From the NCBI GenBank assembly GCA_020427985.1, contig JAGQNR010000001.1, forward strand, positions 89,784-153,783: a stretch of DNA of 64,000 nt, given 5' to 3'. This stretch comes from Candidatus Saccharimonadota bacterium (GTDB taxonomy: Bacteria; Patescibacteriota; Saccharimonadia; Saccharimonadales; UBA4665). The position numbers and the translations under genes were made by a program. Shown one piece after another: positions 44,207 through 54,311 of this stretch. How positions within the stretch are numbered: position 1 is the first letter of the stretch; each line of letters starts with the position of its first letter. Under the pieces are notes generated by a model. It saw nothing but the letters and a program-made list of their open reading frames with translations, was not told the origin of the DNA and did no database searches.

Positions 44207-45529
44207 ATGAGTTTTACGAAAAAAACTATTCGAGATGTAGAATTGTCTGGCAAACGCGTATTGGTACGCGCTGACTACAATGTGCCGCTTGACAGCAAGG
44301 GAAACATAACCGACGAATACCGCATCACTCAAAGTTTACCCACTATTCGCTATATTATTGAACATGGTGGCTCGGTGCTGCTCTGTTCGCACCTTGGCCG
44401 ACCAGACGGCAAACCAAATACAAAAGAGAGCTTGTTCCCGGTAGCTAAAACACTCCAAAAGCTACTGCACATCGAAGTCGAATTTGTGCCTGACTGCGTG
44501 GGTGATCGGGCCAAAAAGGCTGCAGATGGTCTTAAGAAAGGGCAAATTCTACTGCTTGAAAACTTACGATTTCATCCCGAAGAAGAGGCTAATGATACGG
44601 CATTTGCAGCACAACTTGCCAGCCTAGCTGACCTGTTTGTACAAGATGGGTTTGGGGTAGTACATCGTGCCCATGCCAGTACCGACGCAATTACCAAACA
44701 TATGCCGAGTGTAGCGGGGTTGCTACTTGAGCGCGAAGTAGACACAATTACTGACGTAATCGAAAACCCGAAGCGACCACTTGTAGCAATCGTTGGTGGA
44801 GCTAAAATTGCCGACAAAATTGAGGTGCTGCAGCAGTTTATTGCGGTTGCCGATGTCGTGGCGGTGGGTGGTGCCATGGCAAATACTTTTTTGCAGGCCC
44901 AAGGTATACAAATTGGACGGAGCAAGACCGAGGCGGCCGATGTTCCGCTCGCCCAAACTATTTTAGCAACTGCTCGGCAAGAAAAATCTAAGCGGCCGTT
45001 TGTGTTTTATCTTCCCCAAGACGGTGTTGTTGCTAAAAAAGTTGATACGTTTGCTCCGACGCGCATCGTAGATTGGAGTGCAAATGTTATATCTGAAATC
45101 GAAGCCTACCCAAAACGACCTGCTCATGACTCTACACAGATTGCCGATGACGAAATGATTTTGGACATTGGGCCGTTTAGTGGTGCTTTTATTGCTGGCA
45201 CACTTCAACTAGCTGGTACCGTGATTTGGAACGGGGCAATGGGCGTGACCGAGACAAAAGGCACTCAGGGACCTATTGGCCCAACAGCACAAGGAACCGA
45301 ACTTATCATGGAAGCAATAACCGGTCAGTTTGGAAACAGGCCCTTTAGTCTGGTAGGAGGAGGTGATACGGTGGGCTTTATAGAAGCACGCGGTCTAGTA
45401 GGAAGTTTTAACCATGTATCGACAGGCGGCGGCGCAAGCCTAGAGTTATTGTCTGGACGTATTTTACCAGGGGTTGCTGCACTACAAGATAAAGGAAAAA
45501 CCAAAGATGGAGGCAGCCAACATGCTTAG
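44207..45529 (+). CDS. pgk: phosphoglycerate kinase
   Basis: 440 aa. VLVRADYNVPLD, LENLRFHPEE, GGGDT, STGGGASLE. Confidence 0.95.
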   Translation: MSFTKKTIRDVELSGKRVLVRADYNVPLDSKGNITDEYRITQSLPTIRYIIEHGGSVLLCSHLGRPDGKPNTKESLFPVAKTLQKLLHIEVEFVPDCVGDRAKKAADGLKKGQILLLENLRFHPEEEANDTAFAAQLASLADLFVQDGFGVVHRAHASTDAITKHMPSVAGLLLEREVDTITDVIENPKRPLVAIVGGAKIADKIEVLQQFIAVADVVAVGGAMANTFLQAQGIQIGRSKTEAADVPLAQTILATARQEKSKRPFVFYLPQDGVVAKKVDTFAPTRIVDWSANVISEIEAYPKRPAHDSTQIADDEMILDIGPFSGAFIAGTLQLAGTVIWNGAMGVTETKGTQGPIGPTAQGTELIMEAITGQFGNRPFSLVGGGDTVGFIEARGLVGSFNHVSTGGGASLELLSGRILPGVAALQDKGKTKDGGSQHA

Positions 45530-46304
45530 GCGCACACTCGTTGTCGGCAACTGGAAAATGAATCTTACGACCCAACAATCGAGCCTGCTTTTACGGCGTC
45601 TACAGCAGAATATACAAGGACATAGGGCGGTGGAAGTAGTGCTAGCGCCGAGTATGCTTGCCTTGCAGCCGCTTAGCGTAGAAATAGACCGTCGCAAGTT
45701 TAAGCTCGCTGCCCAAAATGCCTACTTTAAAGACGAGGGCGGTTTTACCGGAGAGGTGAGCTTTGCCATGTTGCGCGGCATAGTTAGTTATGCCATCATT
45801 GGACATTCGGCACGTCGCTTGTATTTTGGCGAGACGCTTGACGATGTCACCCAAAAAGTAGAAGCAGCCGTTCGTAACGATATAACGCCAATCTTGTGCG
45901 TAGGTGAGACAAAGCGAGAGCGTGACGCTCGAGAAACTAAGCGAGTCATTTGTGACCAAGTAGTTAGTGCGCTAGCCAACCTCACTAGTGCTGAGATTGA
46001 TTCGGTAGTCATTGCTTATGAACCAATCTGGGCTATATCGGCCTATGGTGGTGCAGTAGCAAAGCCCAGCGATGTTACCACTGTCGTCGAATATATCCGG
46101 CTTCAAATAAGAGAGCTGTACGGTAAACTTGCCGCAGAACGAGTGCGAGTGCTGTACGGAGGCAGTGTAGATGCCCATGACGTCAAGGGATTCTTGTCGA
46201 TAAAGGGCATCGACGGTGTTCTTGTTGGAGCGGCCAGTATTAGCGCAAATAAATTTGTAAATATTGTCTCGGCTGCATATCAAACACACACGGAGGTGCA
46301 GTAA
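45522..46304 (+). CDS. tpiA: triosephosphate isomerase (non-canonical loop 6)
   Basis: VVGNWKMN, IGHSARR, AYEPIWAISAYGG, LYGGSV. ATG 45522 overlaps the pgk stop (ATGCTTAG). Confidence 0.85.
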   Translation: MLRRTLVVGNWKMNLTTQQSSLLLRRLQQNIQGHRAVEVVLAPSMLALQPLSVEIDRRKFKLAAQNAYFKDEGGFTGEVSFAMLRGIVSYAIIGHSARRLYFGETLDDVTQKVEAAVRNDITPILCVGETKRERDARETKRVICDQVVSALANLTSAEIDSVVIAYEPIWAISAYGGAVAKPSDVTTVVEYIRLQIRELYGKLAAERVRVLYGGSVDAHDVKGFLSIKGIDGVLVGAASISANKFVNIVSAAYQTHTEVQ

Positions 46305-46305
46305 A

Positions 46306-47043
46306 ATGCAAGACGAAAACCAGGCTCCAAAGACCATGGATATTCACCCGGCTGGTACAAATCCCGCTTCTCTGACAAGCCGACCAGTCATTGTCACCAA
46401 TCGTCCTATGGCTGCCGACCCAATGCTTCATGTAAGTAACGATGACGCTACGGCAAATCCTTCTAGCGAAGCGACCGAAGGCACTAAAATAGCGTCAAGT
46501 CGACATTCGAGGACTATTGACCCACTTTCAACAGCTACTCATTCACAGCGGGTATCTGCCGCCGAGCCCGATGCTACTGCTGCGCAACCAACGGATACTG
46601 AACCAACAGAGGGAGATACAACACTTCCAAAGTCTGACACACCATCAACAGCTTCAGAGCAACCACTTCTTGCCGATTCTGAATCAGTCCCTGCAGGTCC
46701 TCGGTCTTCTCGAGCGCCTGTCGATTCGACTACTGCCGATCCCACAGTAGACACCGATGATGACCAGCTAGCAGACGATGAAGACGACACCCATATTGAC
46801 CAGATTGCTGGTGACACCATGCTGCAAGAAAAAACTGCAGAGCAACTTCGTAGGGAGCAGCTAGAGCAGTTGGCTCAAAAGGGCACTTATGCGCTGCCAA
46901 TATATACAGCTCGTCGGCGTCGCAAATCTATTATTGTAGGATCGATTGTGGGCGCACTTTTGATTGTAATGCTGCTGAATCTGCTTATGGATATGCAGCT
47001 GTTTGAGTTGCCTCTGCCCCATACAAACCTACTCGCCCCCTAG
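46306..47043 (+). CDS. acidic low-complexity protein with C-terminal TM anchor
   Basis: SD GGAGG lies before ATG 46306. A Thr/Asp/Pro/Ser-rich disordered body is followed by the TM helix IIVGSIVGALLIVMLLNLLM. Confidence 0.55.
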   Translation: MQDENQAPKTMDIHPAGTNPASLTSRPVIVTNRPMAADPMLHVSNDDATANPSSEATEGTKIASSRHSRTIDPLSTATHSQRVSAAEPDATAAQPTDTEPTEGDTTLPKSDTPSTASEQPLLADSESVPAGPRSSRAPVDSTTADPTVDTDDDQLADDEDDTHIDQIAGDTMLQEKTAEQLRREQLEQLAQKGTYALPIYTARRRRKSIIVGSIVGALLIVMLLNLLMDMQLFELPLPHTNLLAP

Positions 47044-47097
47044 CAAAGAGTACAAACTACAGCAGAAATCCAACTAATGGTTTGCTAAAATAGTCAG

Positions 47098-49296
47098 GTG
47101 AGCAAACATCTCTTAGCGGGACTGAACCCTGAACAGAAGCGAGCGGTTGAAACTACCGAAGGGCCACTGCTTATTCAGGCCGGAGCAGGAAGTGGTAAGA
47201 CCAAGACCTTGACACACCGCATCGCTTATCTTATTGCAACGCAACGGGCTACCCCCTATAGTATCCTTGCAGTTACCTTTACTAACAAAGCGGCGCGAGA
47301 AATGCGTAGCCGGGTGTGGCAACTTATGTCCGGGCAGGAAGGAGCCGACGATACTCCTAGGACATTTATGCCTTATATGGGGACCTTTCATTCTTTTTGC
47401 GTGCGGCTACTCCGCGAAGATGGCGCCTATGTTGGCATACCCCGAACATTTGTAATTTTTGACGAAGCTGACAAGCTCGCCACTATTAAGAGTATTTGTA
47501 AGGGACTTCAGATAGACGAAAAAACTTTTCCTCCGCGGGTTATTGCTAGCCTGATTAGCAGTGCCAAAAACGAAATGATAAGCCCCGAAGAATACACTGA
47601 TACTGCTCGAGGGCCTGCAGCGCAGGCTGTAGCCGAAGTTTTTCCGCGCTACCAAAGTGCGCTGCATGACGCTAAAGCAGTAGACTTTGACGATTTGATT
47701 AGCAAGAGTGTTGAACTATTGCAAACACACCTAAAGGTTAAAGACAAGTGGCGAACCCAATTTAGCCACATCATGATAGACGAATACCAAGACACTAATG
47801 CCGCCCAATATAAACTTATTCGTTTGCTGGTTGGTAGTCACCATAATATTGCGGTGGTGGGTGATGATTGGCAATCAATTTACAGTTGGCGAGGGGCAGA
47901 TTTTCGCAACATTCTTAAATTTGAAAATGACTACCCAGACTGCACAGTCATAAAGCTTGAGCAAAACTATCGTAGCACCCGGCATATCCTCGAAGCGGCT
48001 CATGGAGTGATTGTTCGCAATACTCAGCGCAGTGATAAGCAGTTGTGGACGCAAGCAGGCGAAGGTTTACCGGTGCAGATTCGCCAGGTGGTCAACGAAC
48101 GGGTCGAGGCCGAAACGGTTGTTCGCATTGTTAGGCAGTGCATTGAGCAGCAAAATCGTACTTACGGTGATATTGCCGTGTTGTATCGCACCAATGCGCA
48201 GAGCCGTGTCATGGAAGAAGTACTGATGCAGCGAGCCATTCCGTACCGCATTGTCGGAGGCGTGCGATTCTATGACCGCAAAGAAATTAAAGACCTGTTA
48301 GCGTATGTGCGACTTATTTATCAACCTGATGACCGAGCAAGTTTTGAACGCATCGTCAACGTTCCGACGCGCGGTATCGGCGCCAAAAGTCTTCAGACTT
48401 TCTTGGCCTACATTGATAGTAATGGGCTAACCGTTGAACAAGGCTTAGTAGACATACGCCAGGTCTCTGGTATAGCACCACGTGCGCGAAGCGCCATTGC
48501 TGATTTGCATGGGTTATTTGTGGCGCTTCGTGAGGTGAGTGATACAGTCATGCCTGAAGTGCTGCTAGATACACTGATTAGACGTATCGGCTATATGAAC
48601 TTTCTCGACGACAAAACACCCCAAGCCGAAAGCCGCCAAGAGAACGTGCGTGAACTTTTGAGTGTTGCTCGAGGCTACCAAGAGGCTGGTCTTGGTAATT
48701 TTCTCGAGGAAATTGCGCTCATGAGCGATCTTGATACTGCTAACTTTGGCGACAATGCCGTTACCCTTATGACGCTGCATGCGGCCAAGGGGTTAGAATT
48801 TCCGGTTGTCTGTATGATAGGACTCGAGGAGTCAATTTTCCCTCACAGTCGGGCGCTATATGACCAACACGAGATGGAAGAGGAGCGTCGATTATGTTAC
48901 GTGGGCATGACAAGGGCTCGAGAAGAACTGTACATGATTCACGCCGTAACCCGTGCTTTATATGGGGGTATTCAGCACAATATACCCAGCCGTTTCCTAG
49001 GTGAAATCAGCGCCGCTAATAGCCAGCAAGAAGCTGTAATGCCTAACTTTTCTGGTACTAATTTTAATTTATTTGACGACAGTGGCGTCTCTCAACAGAT
49101 GAGCTTAGATAGGGATTTTACTTCGTTAGAAGAGCCACGCTATGTAGTTGAGCTTGAGGAGGGTGATAGTGTGCGACATGCAGCCTTTGGTACAGGGACA
49201 GTAGTCGAGGTCGATGGCGATGTTGCATCTGTCTACTTTAAAGGCAAAGGCCTCAAAAAACTCAACACCGCCTTTGCCCCCCTCGAAAAATTATGA
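47098..49296 (+). CDS. pcrA: ATP-dependent DNA helicase PcrA/UvrD family
   Basis: 732 aa. GAGSGKT, TFTNKAAREM, IDEYQDTN, QNYRS, LHAAKGLEF, VGMTRA. An extended -10 TGcTAAAAT lies 6 nt before GTG. Confidence 0.9.
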   Translation: MSKHLLAGLNPEQKRAVETTEGPLLIQAGAGSGKTKTLTHRIAYLIATQRATPYSILAVTFTNKAAREMRSRVWQLMSGQEGADDTPRTFMPYMGTFHSFCVRLLREDGAYVGIPRTFVIFDEADKLATIKSICKGLQIDEKTFPPRVIASLISSAKNEMISPEEYTDTARGPAAQAVAEVFPRYQSALHDAKAVDFDDLISKSVELLQTHLKVKDKWRTQFSHIMIDEYQDTNAAQYKLIRLLVGSHHNIAVVGDDWQSIYSWRGADFRNILKFENDYPDCTVIKLEQNYRSTRHILEAAHGVIVRNTQRSDKQLWTQAGEGLPVQIRQVVNERVEAETVVRIVRQCIEQQNRTYGDIAVLYRTNAQSRVMEEVLMQRAIPYRIVGGVRFYDRKEIKDLLAYVRLIYQPDDRASFERIVNVPTRGIGAKSLQTFLAYIDSNGLTVEQGLVDIRQVSGIAPRARSAIADLHGLFVALREVSDTVMPEVLLDTLIRRIGYMNFLDDKTPQAESRQENVRELLSVARGYQEAGLGNFLEEIALMSDLDTANFGDNAVTLMTLHAAKGLEFPVVCMIGLEESIFPHSRALYDQHEMEEERRLCYVGMTRAREELYMIHAVTRALYGGIQHNIPSRFLGEISAANSQQEAVMPNFSGTNFNLFDDSGVSQQMSLDRDFTSLEEPRYVVELEEGDSVRHAAFGTGTVVEVDGDVASVYFKGKGLKKLNTAFAPLEKL

Positions 49297-49477
49297 AAGC
49301 AAAAATATAGTAAACGCACTTATTTCAATAGCGACTACTAGACGAGAGTAAGATATCTTTAGACGTACTTTATGGCAAGCTTGACATAACAAACAGCCCA
49401 CGCCTTACAATGAACTTAACTCTTGCTTGCTCCTAATTTGCTATACTAATAGCTATGGTTTATCGGCGAGTTGTGTC

Positions 49478-50695
49478 ATGAAAAAAGTCGTCAAGGCTGC
49501 TCGCTCGCGGGCTGGCGCAGTCAAGCGTCATCCTTTTGGCTTGCCAGCAGTGCTGTTTGTGTCGCTGCTTTTTCTGAGCGCGGCGGCAACGCTCATTGCG
49601 CTCAAGCGTGATACTCCTCAGCTGAGCTTTAGCCCGAGCGACAACTATATTGTTCGGGTTACGGTCGATGGTGATCGCAAAACAATTCCTAGCCCGGCAA
49701 AAACAGTTGGTGAGTTCATAAAAGCAGAGAGTATTCCTGTCACGAGCGACGACCGGATTGAGCCGGCCCTCGACGCCCCAATAACAGGTGATAACTTTTT
49801 GATTAATGTGTACCGTGCTGTGCCTATTGTGGTGGTCGATAAGGGAGTAGAGCGGCATACAACCGTTGCAGCCGGCTCACCTCGGGGTGCGGTAGCGGCG
49901 GCTGGAGTAAAACTCCACAACGAAGATATTGTTATGCCAGAACCAACAATAAATTTTACCACTCAAGGTAGTTTGGCAGAGCGGTATATTGTAAGCCGCG
50001 CAGCAGAGATTAATCTCGATTTATATGGTAAGTCATACACTCTTTTTACTCGAGTAACTACCGTGGGCGAATTGTTGAAAAAGCGTGGGGTGACGCTTAG
50101 TAAAGATGACACCGTTAACCTAGCGCTCGATACGCCACTTACTGCTGGTATGAAAGTAGCGGTAGTTCGCAACGGTATACAGGTAGTGACAGTTGACGAA
50201 GATGTAGCGCCACCGGTGCGCACAGTTATTGATGTGTCACTTTCGTTCGGCAGTCAGGCAGTGCGTCAAGAAGGAAGTGCGGGTAAGGTAACGCGAACCT
50301 ATGAAATCAACATTCAAAATGGCAAAGAGGTTGGAAGGCGATTGCTTCAATCAGTCACCATCAAAGAACCAGTTGAGCGAATTATCGCCAAAGGCAATAC
50401 AGTCAATATTCCCGACAACAAAATTGCCGTTATGGCTGCAGCCGGAATTAGTCCAAATGATTACGCCTATGTTGATTACATATTTTCGCGTGAATCGCGC
50501 TGGAATGCGGCAGCTGTAAATGCAGGTGGGTGTAGCGGACTCGGTCAGGCCTGTCCTGGCAGCAAGCTTGCAGCGGCGTGCCCTGGATGGCAATCAGACC
50601 CGGTCTGCCAAACCAGATTCTTTAGCGGCTATGCTTCGCGCTATGGCGGTTGGCAAGGCGCGTATAATGCATGGACGACCAAACACTGGTGGTAA
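49478..50695 (+). CDS. RpfB-like cell-wall protein (DUF348 repeats, G5 domain, C-terminal lysozyme-like domain)
   Basis: TM anchor. G5 signature VRQEGSAGKVTRTYEI...GKEVGRRLL...PVERIIAKG. C-terminal SRESRWNAAAVN...GLGQ. Confidence 0.8.
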   Translation: MKKVVKAARSRAGAVKRHPFGLPAVLFVSLLFLSAAATLIALKRDTPQLSFSPSDNYIVRVTVDGDRKTIPSPAKTVGEFIKAESIPVTSDDRIEPALDAPITGDNFLINVYRAVPIVVVDKGVERHTTVAAGSPRGAVAAAGVKLHNEDIVMPEPTINFTTQGSLAERYIVSRAAEINLDLYGKSYTLFTRVTTVGELLKKRGVTLSKDDTVNLALDTPLTAGMKVAVVRNGIQVVTVDEDVAPPVRTVIDVSLSFGSQAVRQEGSAGKVTRTYEINIQNGKEVGRRLLQSVTIKEPVERIIAKGNTVNIPDNKIAVMAAAGISPNDYAYVDYIFSRESRWNAAAVNAGGCSGLGQACPGSKLAAACPGWQSDPVCQTRFFSGYASRYGGWQGAYNAWTTKHWW

Positions 50696-50705
50696 ACTAG
50701 AGACA

Positions 50706-51506
50706 ATGTCTAATATAACCCCCAAAAAGAGTCTTGGGCAACACTGGCTGCACGACGTGGCAGTGCTTGCCGAGATTGCCGATGCAGCTACTGTTAATGT
50801 GCATGACACGGTGCTGGAGATTGGTCCAGGTCTTGGTACACTTACCTCTGTGCTACTACGCCGCGGTGCACGCGTCATTGCGGTGGAGTTCGATCGCGAC
50901 CTCGCTGCTAACTTACGCCGCCGAGTCAAGGGCGGCGTATCGCTTGAGGCAATTGATAACTTAAAAATTGTCGAGTCAGACATACTGCAGTTTGACCTGC
51001 GCCAACTCCCTGCGGGCTACAAGGTGGTGGCAAACATCCCCTACTACTTAACAAGTAATCTTATCCGTATATTGTGTGAGAGCACTAATCCGTTTTCACA
51101 AGCTGCGCTGCTCATCCAAAAAGAAGTCGCCGAGCGTGTTTGTGCAAAGCCTGGCGCAATGTCGCTGCTCAGCGTTAGTGCGCAGTACTACTGCGAGGTT
51201 GAACTTGATGTATTTGTGCCGGCTCGGTTGTTTACGCCACCACCCAAGGTGAATAGTCAGGTGCTGGTACTAACAAAGCGTCCGGAGCCACTATTCCCAG
51301 GAATCGATGAAAAACGATTTTTCCGGCTAGTACGCGCAGGGTTTAGTCGACGTCGTAAGACGCTGGTCAATGCGCTGTCAGGTGGGCTTGCAATAGATAA
51401 GCAGGATGCAGCTCGTATGGTAGCAGCTGCTGGGTTGCAGTCAAGCATCCGTGCTCAAAACCTCTCCCTCTCTGACTGGAAAACCCTGTATAACCAGCTC
51501 GATTAA
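50706..51506 (+). CDS. rsmA: 16S rRNA (adenine1518/1519-N6) dimethyltransferase
   Basis: KKSLGQHWLHD, EIGPGLGTLT, NIPYY. An extended -10 TGgTAAACT lies 7 nt before the ATG. Confidence 0.9.
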   Translation: MSNITPKKSLGQHWLHDVAVLAEIADAATVNVHDTVLEIGPGLGTLTSVLLRRGARVIAVEFDRDLAANLRRRVKGGVSLEAIDNLKIVESDILQFDLRQLPAGYKVVANIPYYLTSNLIRILCESTNPFSQAALLIQKEVAERVCAKPGAMSLLSVSAQYYCEVELDVFVPARLFTPPPKVNSQVLVLTKRPEPLFPGIDEKRFFRLVRAGFSRRRKTLVNALSGGLAIDKQDAARMVAAAGLQSSIRAQNLSLSDWKTLYNQLD

Positions 51507-51521
51507 AAGCGAAGCGTAGAC

Positions 51522-51794
51522 TTAACTGTTGGCAACGATATATTTTGCTGTATCGAGCAGAGTTGGAGCGTTATAGGCGGCATCATGCGATACTACATTT
51601 TCTTCTGTTGCGGTCTGAACGAGCACACCTCCCTTGCAGTGTGCATTTATTGCCGCTTGTATGTCTGCTTGAGTGTCGCCTACCATATAAATTTGTAATA
51701 AATCTAGTCCAAAATCTTCGGCAGCTTGAAGAAGCATTTTTGGTCCGGGTTTTCGCCAATCAGTATTGTCTGGACGCTTCATTTCGCCGTTCAT
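51522..51794 (-). pseudogene. 5'-truncated HAD-IIIA (GmhB/histidinol-phosphatase-type) phosphatase remnant
   Basis: Only the C-terminal half is open (RKPGPKMLLQAAEDFGL...YMVGDTQADIQAA). The DxDGT motif-I region is missing, and the upstream frame (..GLVVSIF*) is broken by stops. Confidence 0.5.
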
Positions 51795-51967
51795 GTATGT
51801 TTTTAGAATATTGACACCACCAACCCTTCGCTGACAGTTTCGTCACCAACAGCTTCCTCGCGTTTTAAGAAAACGGCCTACATTAAGGCATCGGCTCACG
51901 ATGACGGCAAGATGGCAAGCAATGAAGCACTATGATTTGCCGTTCGTAGCTCCGTAGGAGCGAAAAA

Positions 51968-52358
51968 TGGTGGAGCTGGCGGGTACTGCCCCCGCGTCCG
52001 CGGAAATTGTCGATATGTCTCTACAGGTTTAGTCTATTTTATGGTCTTAGCACCCATGTATCGAAACAGACAAACAGCATGGGTGAGCAATCCTAGGCTT
52101 AGCACGGGGAATGGATAGTACCACGTGAGCGGCTAGAAATATAAAACGCTACTCTAACTATCTAGCGTCGTCAAAGGCGTTGCCTAGATATAAAACTAGG
52201 CTGTTTGAAGCGCGAACTGAGGAGCAACAAAGTTGCGAAGATCAGCAACGCGGTTCATGAATGATGTTTTTGCATCTATTCTGGTTTGCCTATAACGCTG
52301 ACAAGCGACCTGCAAACAATATCGTTAATGTTCTACGTCGAGCTTAAAATTCAGCCCC
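51968..52358 (-). ncRNA. ssrA: tmRNA (SsrA)
   Basis: 5' end GGGGCTGAATTTTAAGCTCGACG. 3' end GCGGGGGCAGTACCCGCCAGCTCCACCA. Acceptor stem with G3:U70. The internal tag frame ends ...APQFALQTA-TAG. Confidence 0.85.
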
Positions 52359-52498
52359 ATAGCTACTATTATAGCACGAAACACAAGCATTTACAAGAGC
52401 GTCAAATGAAGGTTTAAAAATTGTTGAAAAAATTGTAACAAAAATCATAGTTAATTCTCAGGTTGATAGTGCATGATGGTGACAGAAAGGAGAACCAT

Positions 52499-52864
52499 AT
52501 GAAATATAGAACTATTGTACAAAAAATAAAGGCTATCGCTGGAGCGCGTGAAGACGAATCGCAAGACGCACTTGAGGTGGTGGTCGAAAACGTCGCTGCC
52601 AATTTGACCGACTTTACTCGTCGTAGCTTTGCTGCCAAGTTACCCGAAGAACTACAGAGCGCTGCTCAAATGGTGCCAACCATTACTCACATCGACGAAG
52701 ACATCATTGACCAACTAATGGAGCTAGAGGATATCGACGAGCACAAGGCCCGGCGCTATATTAAGGCGGTCTGGCAAACGCTTTGTGAGTTGTTTGACAG
52801 CGAATCGGTCGAAGATATTACCGCAGAGCTGCCACACAAAATGATAGTAACCCTTGAATCCTAA
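52499..52864 (+). CDS. DUF2267-like protein
   Basis: SD AAGGAG before ATG 52499. An acidic two-repeat helical protein with the LPEEL/ELPHK pattern. The family call is tentative. Confidence 0.5.
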   Translation: MKYRTIVQKIKAIAGAREDESQDALEVVVENVAANLTDFTRRSFAAKLPEELQSAAQMVPTITHIDEDIIDQLMELEDIDEHKARRYIKAVWQTLCELFDSESVEDITAELPHKMIVTLES

Positions 52865-52932
52865 ATACAGTGAAATACATCACAAAGTGCTTACCGTAAA
52901 AGGTGTATAGTAGAGGCAGGAGGTACGATACC

Positions 52933-53097
52933 ATGTCACTAGTTGAAAAATTTCGTCACCAACGTAAATCCGAGAGCAAGGCTCGGTCCCAGCACCACAA
53001 GCATGATGGCCACAAAATGGCCGCGGTGGTAAATGAGCAACATCATCAGCGCTTACAGACACTCATTCAGATGCGCAAAGATGTCGGCCAGGCATAA
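52933..53097 (+). CDS. small basic His-rich hypothetical protein
   Basis: 54 aa. SD GGAGG lies 9 nt before ATG 52933, and a terminator follows. Confidence 0.4.
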   Translation: MSLVEKFRHQRKSESKARSQHHKHDGHKMAAVVNEQHHQRLQTLIQMRKDVGQA

Positions 53098-53117
53098 CGC
53101 AGTCTAACCAACCATAA

Positions 53118-53145
53118 ACGGCCGCCCAAGGAGCGGTCGTTTTTG
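53118..53145. terminator. hairpin terminator between convergent genes
   Basis: ACGGCCGC (53118-53125) pairs with GCGGTCGT (53133-53140), with a 7-nt loop, followed by TTTT. Confidence 0.5.
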
Positions 53146-53163
53146 AGTAAGAGGTACACGCTG

Positions 53164-54141
53164 TTATTTGTGCCTTGATTGCAGATACTCCTCTAGCCCA
53201 TGGTGAAGATGTTGTTTTCCGTTCCAGATGACGATGTTGTAGCCTTTGGGAAACTCGGCAGGATTTTCTTGGCGAAAGTCGATTGAACGCACACTTGGAG
53301 GTAGCGCAAGGCTCATATGCCTATCTGTGCCTCCATTAACTCCAAACTTATCACCCCAAACTTCCAGCTCATCTGGGTTGTTAACATCATCAAGATTGAG
53401 GCCAACAGTCTCTAATATTTTGACATCTGCTAACACGGTCTGGATAGATGTAGTCTTAGACACACCTTCAATCGCAAAATCTAAGGCAAAATTGCCTCCA
53501 AATCGAGGAGTCAAGGGCAATTTGGCCTGGGCAAATAATTCGATAGAGCGATGCTGTATGGCTGCGCGTAAATCGTATTTGCCATGAACCACTGGGACTG
53601 AATAGTCAACTGCTGCTCGCTGCTCTTGTGTCATGTTGGTGCCATTGACTATTTCCATAGTGATTTGAGGCCCACGGTCATCGAGCATGATGTCTTGTGG
53701 GTCGTGTCCTATAGTGCTCCAAAAGTCGGTTTTTGCCTGAGCGGGGTGAGGTCTAAGCGCAAACTCATCAACGAGCTGCCGAACAATACTTCTCCAGGAG
53801 TCTTTCATATCATCAGTAAAAATCGACTCATAAATGCTATAAAACGGCGCATCCCTCAAGTCTCCACCTGTATCAAACCCCCATACTTCAGCCCCACTAC
53901 AATGACTCACTAGTATGTCTTTACGCAATGAGGAGTCAATATAATCAATAATATCTCGCTGCACGCGAGCTAAGCTACCTCCAGTAACCATAAATAATTT
54001 ATTCCCATCCTGCAAGAATGATGAGAGTTCCTCAATCATGCCTGGTTCGGCGGGCGAGTAAACTTCTGCGATAGTCTCATCTACATCAGAAAAGGCTAGT
54101 CGGATAGAGTCGTTATAAATTATTTGTGGCTCATTGTTCAT
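53164..54141 (-). CDS. HAD-superfamily hydrolase (IIB/phosphomannomutase-like)
   Basis: Motif I is AFSDVDETIAE, and a later GD motif is WGDKFGVNGGTD. The start was chosen at MNNEPQ (54141). The longer ORF to 54291 would run through the tRNA-Ala terminator. Confidence 0.7.
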   Translation of the reverse strand: MNNEPQIIYNDSIRLAFSDVDETIAEVYSPAEPGMIEELSSFLQDGNKLFMVTGGSLARVQRDIIDYIDSSLRKDILVSHCSGAEVWGFDTGGDLRDAPFYSIYESIFTDDMKDSWRSIVRQLVDEFALRPHPAQAKTDFWSTIGHDPQDIMLDDRGPQITMEIVNGTNMTQEQRAAVDYSVPVVHGKYDLRAAIQHRSIELFAQAKLPLTPRFGGNFALDFAIEGVSKTTSIQTVLADVKILETVGLNLDDVNNPDELEVWGDKFGVNGGTDRHMSLALPPSVRSIDFRQENPAEFPKGYNIVIWNGKQHLHHGLEEYLQSRHK

Positions 54142-54281
54142 TGCAGCATGATAACAGTATTTATAAGTAATGAGTAGCGCTAGGGTCAAGACCACAGCGC
54201 TCGCAAGGCTCGCTTCTCCGTTCACTGGCGTTCGCTCCGCCAAGCCGGGGTTTTCGCCCCGCGCGAGATTGCCACCAAAGC

Positions 54282-54304
54282 AAAAACCCACCTAGTGGTG
54301 GGCT
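54282..54304 (-). terminator. rho-independent terminator of tRNA-Ala
   Basis: The minus strand reads CCCACC-ACTA-GGTGGG followed by TTTTT. Confidence 0.55.
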
Positions 54305-54311
54305 CTTACTT

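Noticed and set aside
54142-54291. A 50-codon N-terminal extension of the HAD hydrolase ORF (track start 54291).
   Set aside because: The extension runs through the tRNA-Ala terminator hairpin and has no SD. The conserved DxDxT motif begins right after the internal Met at 54141.
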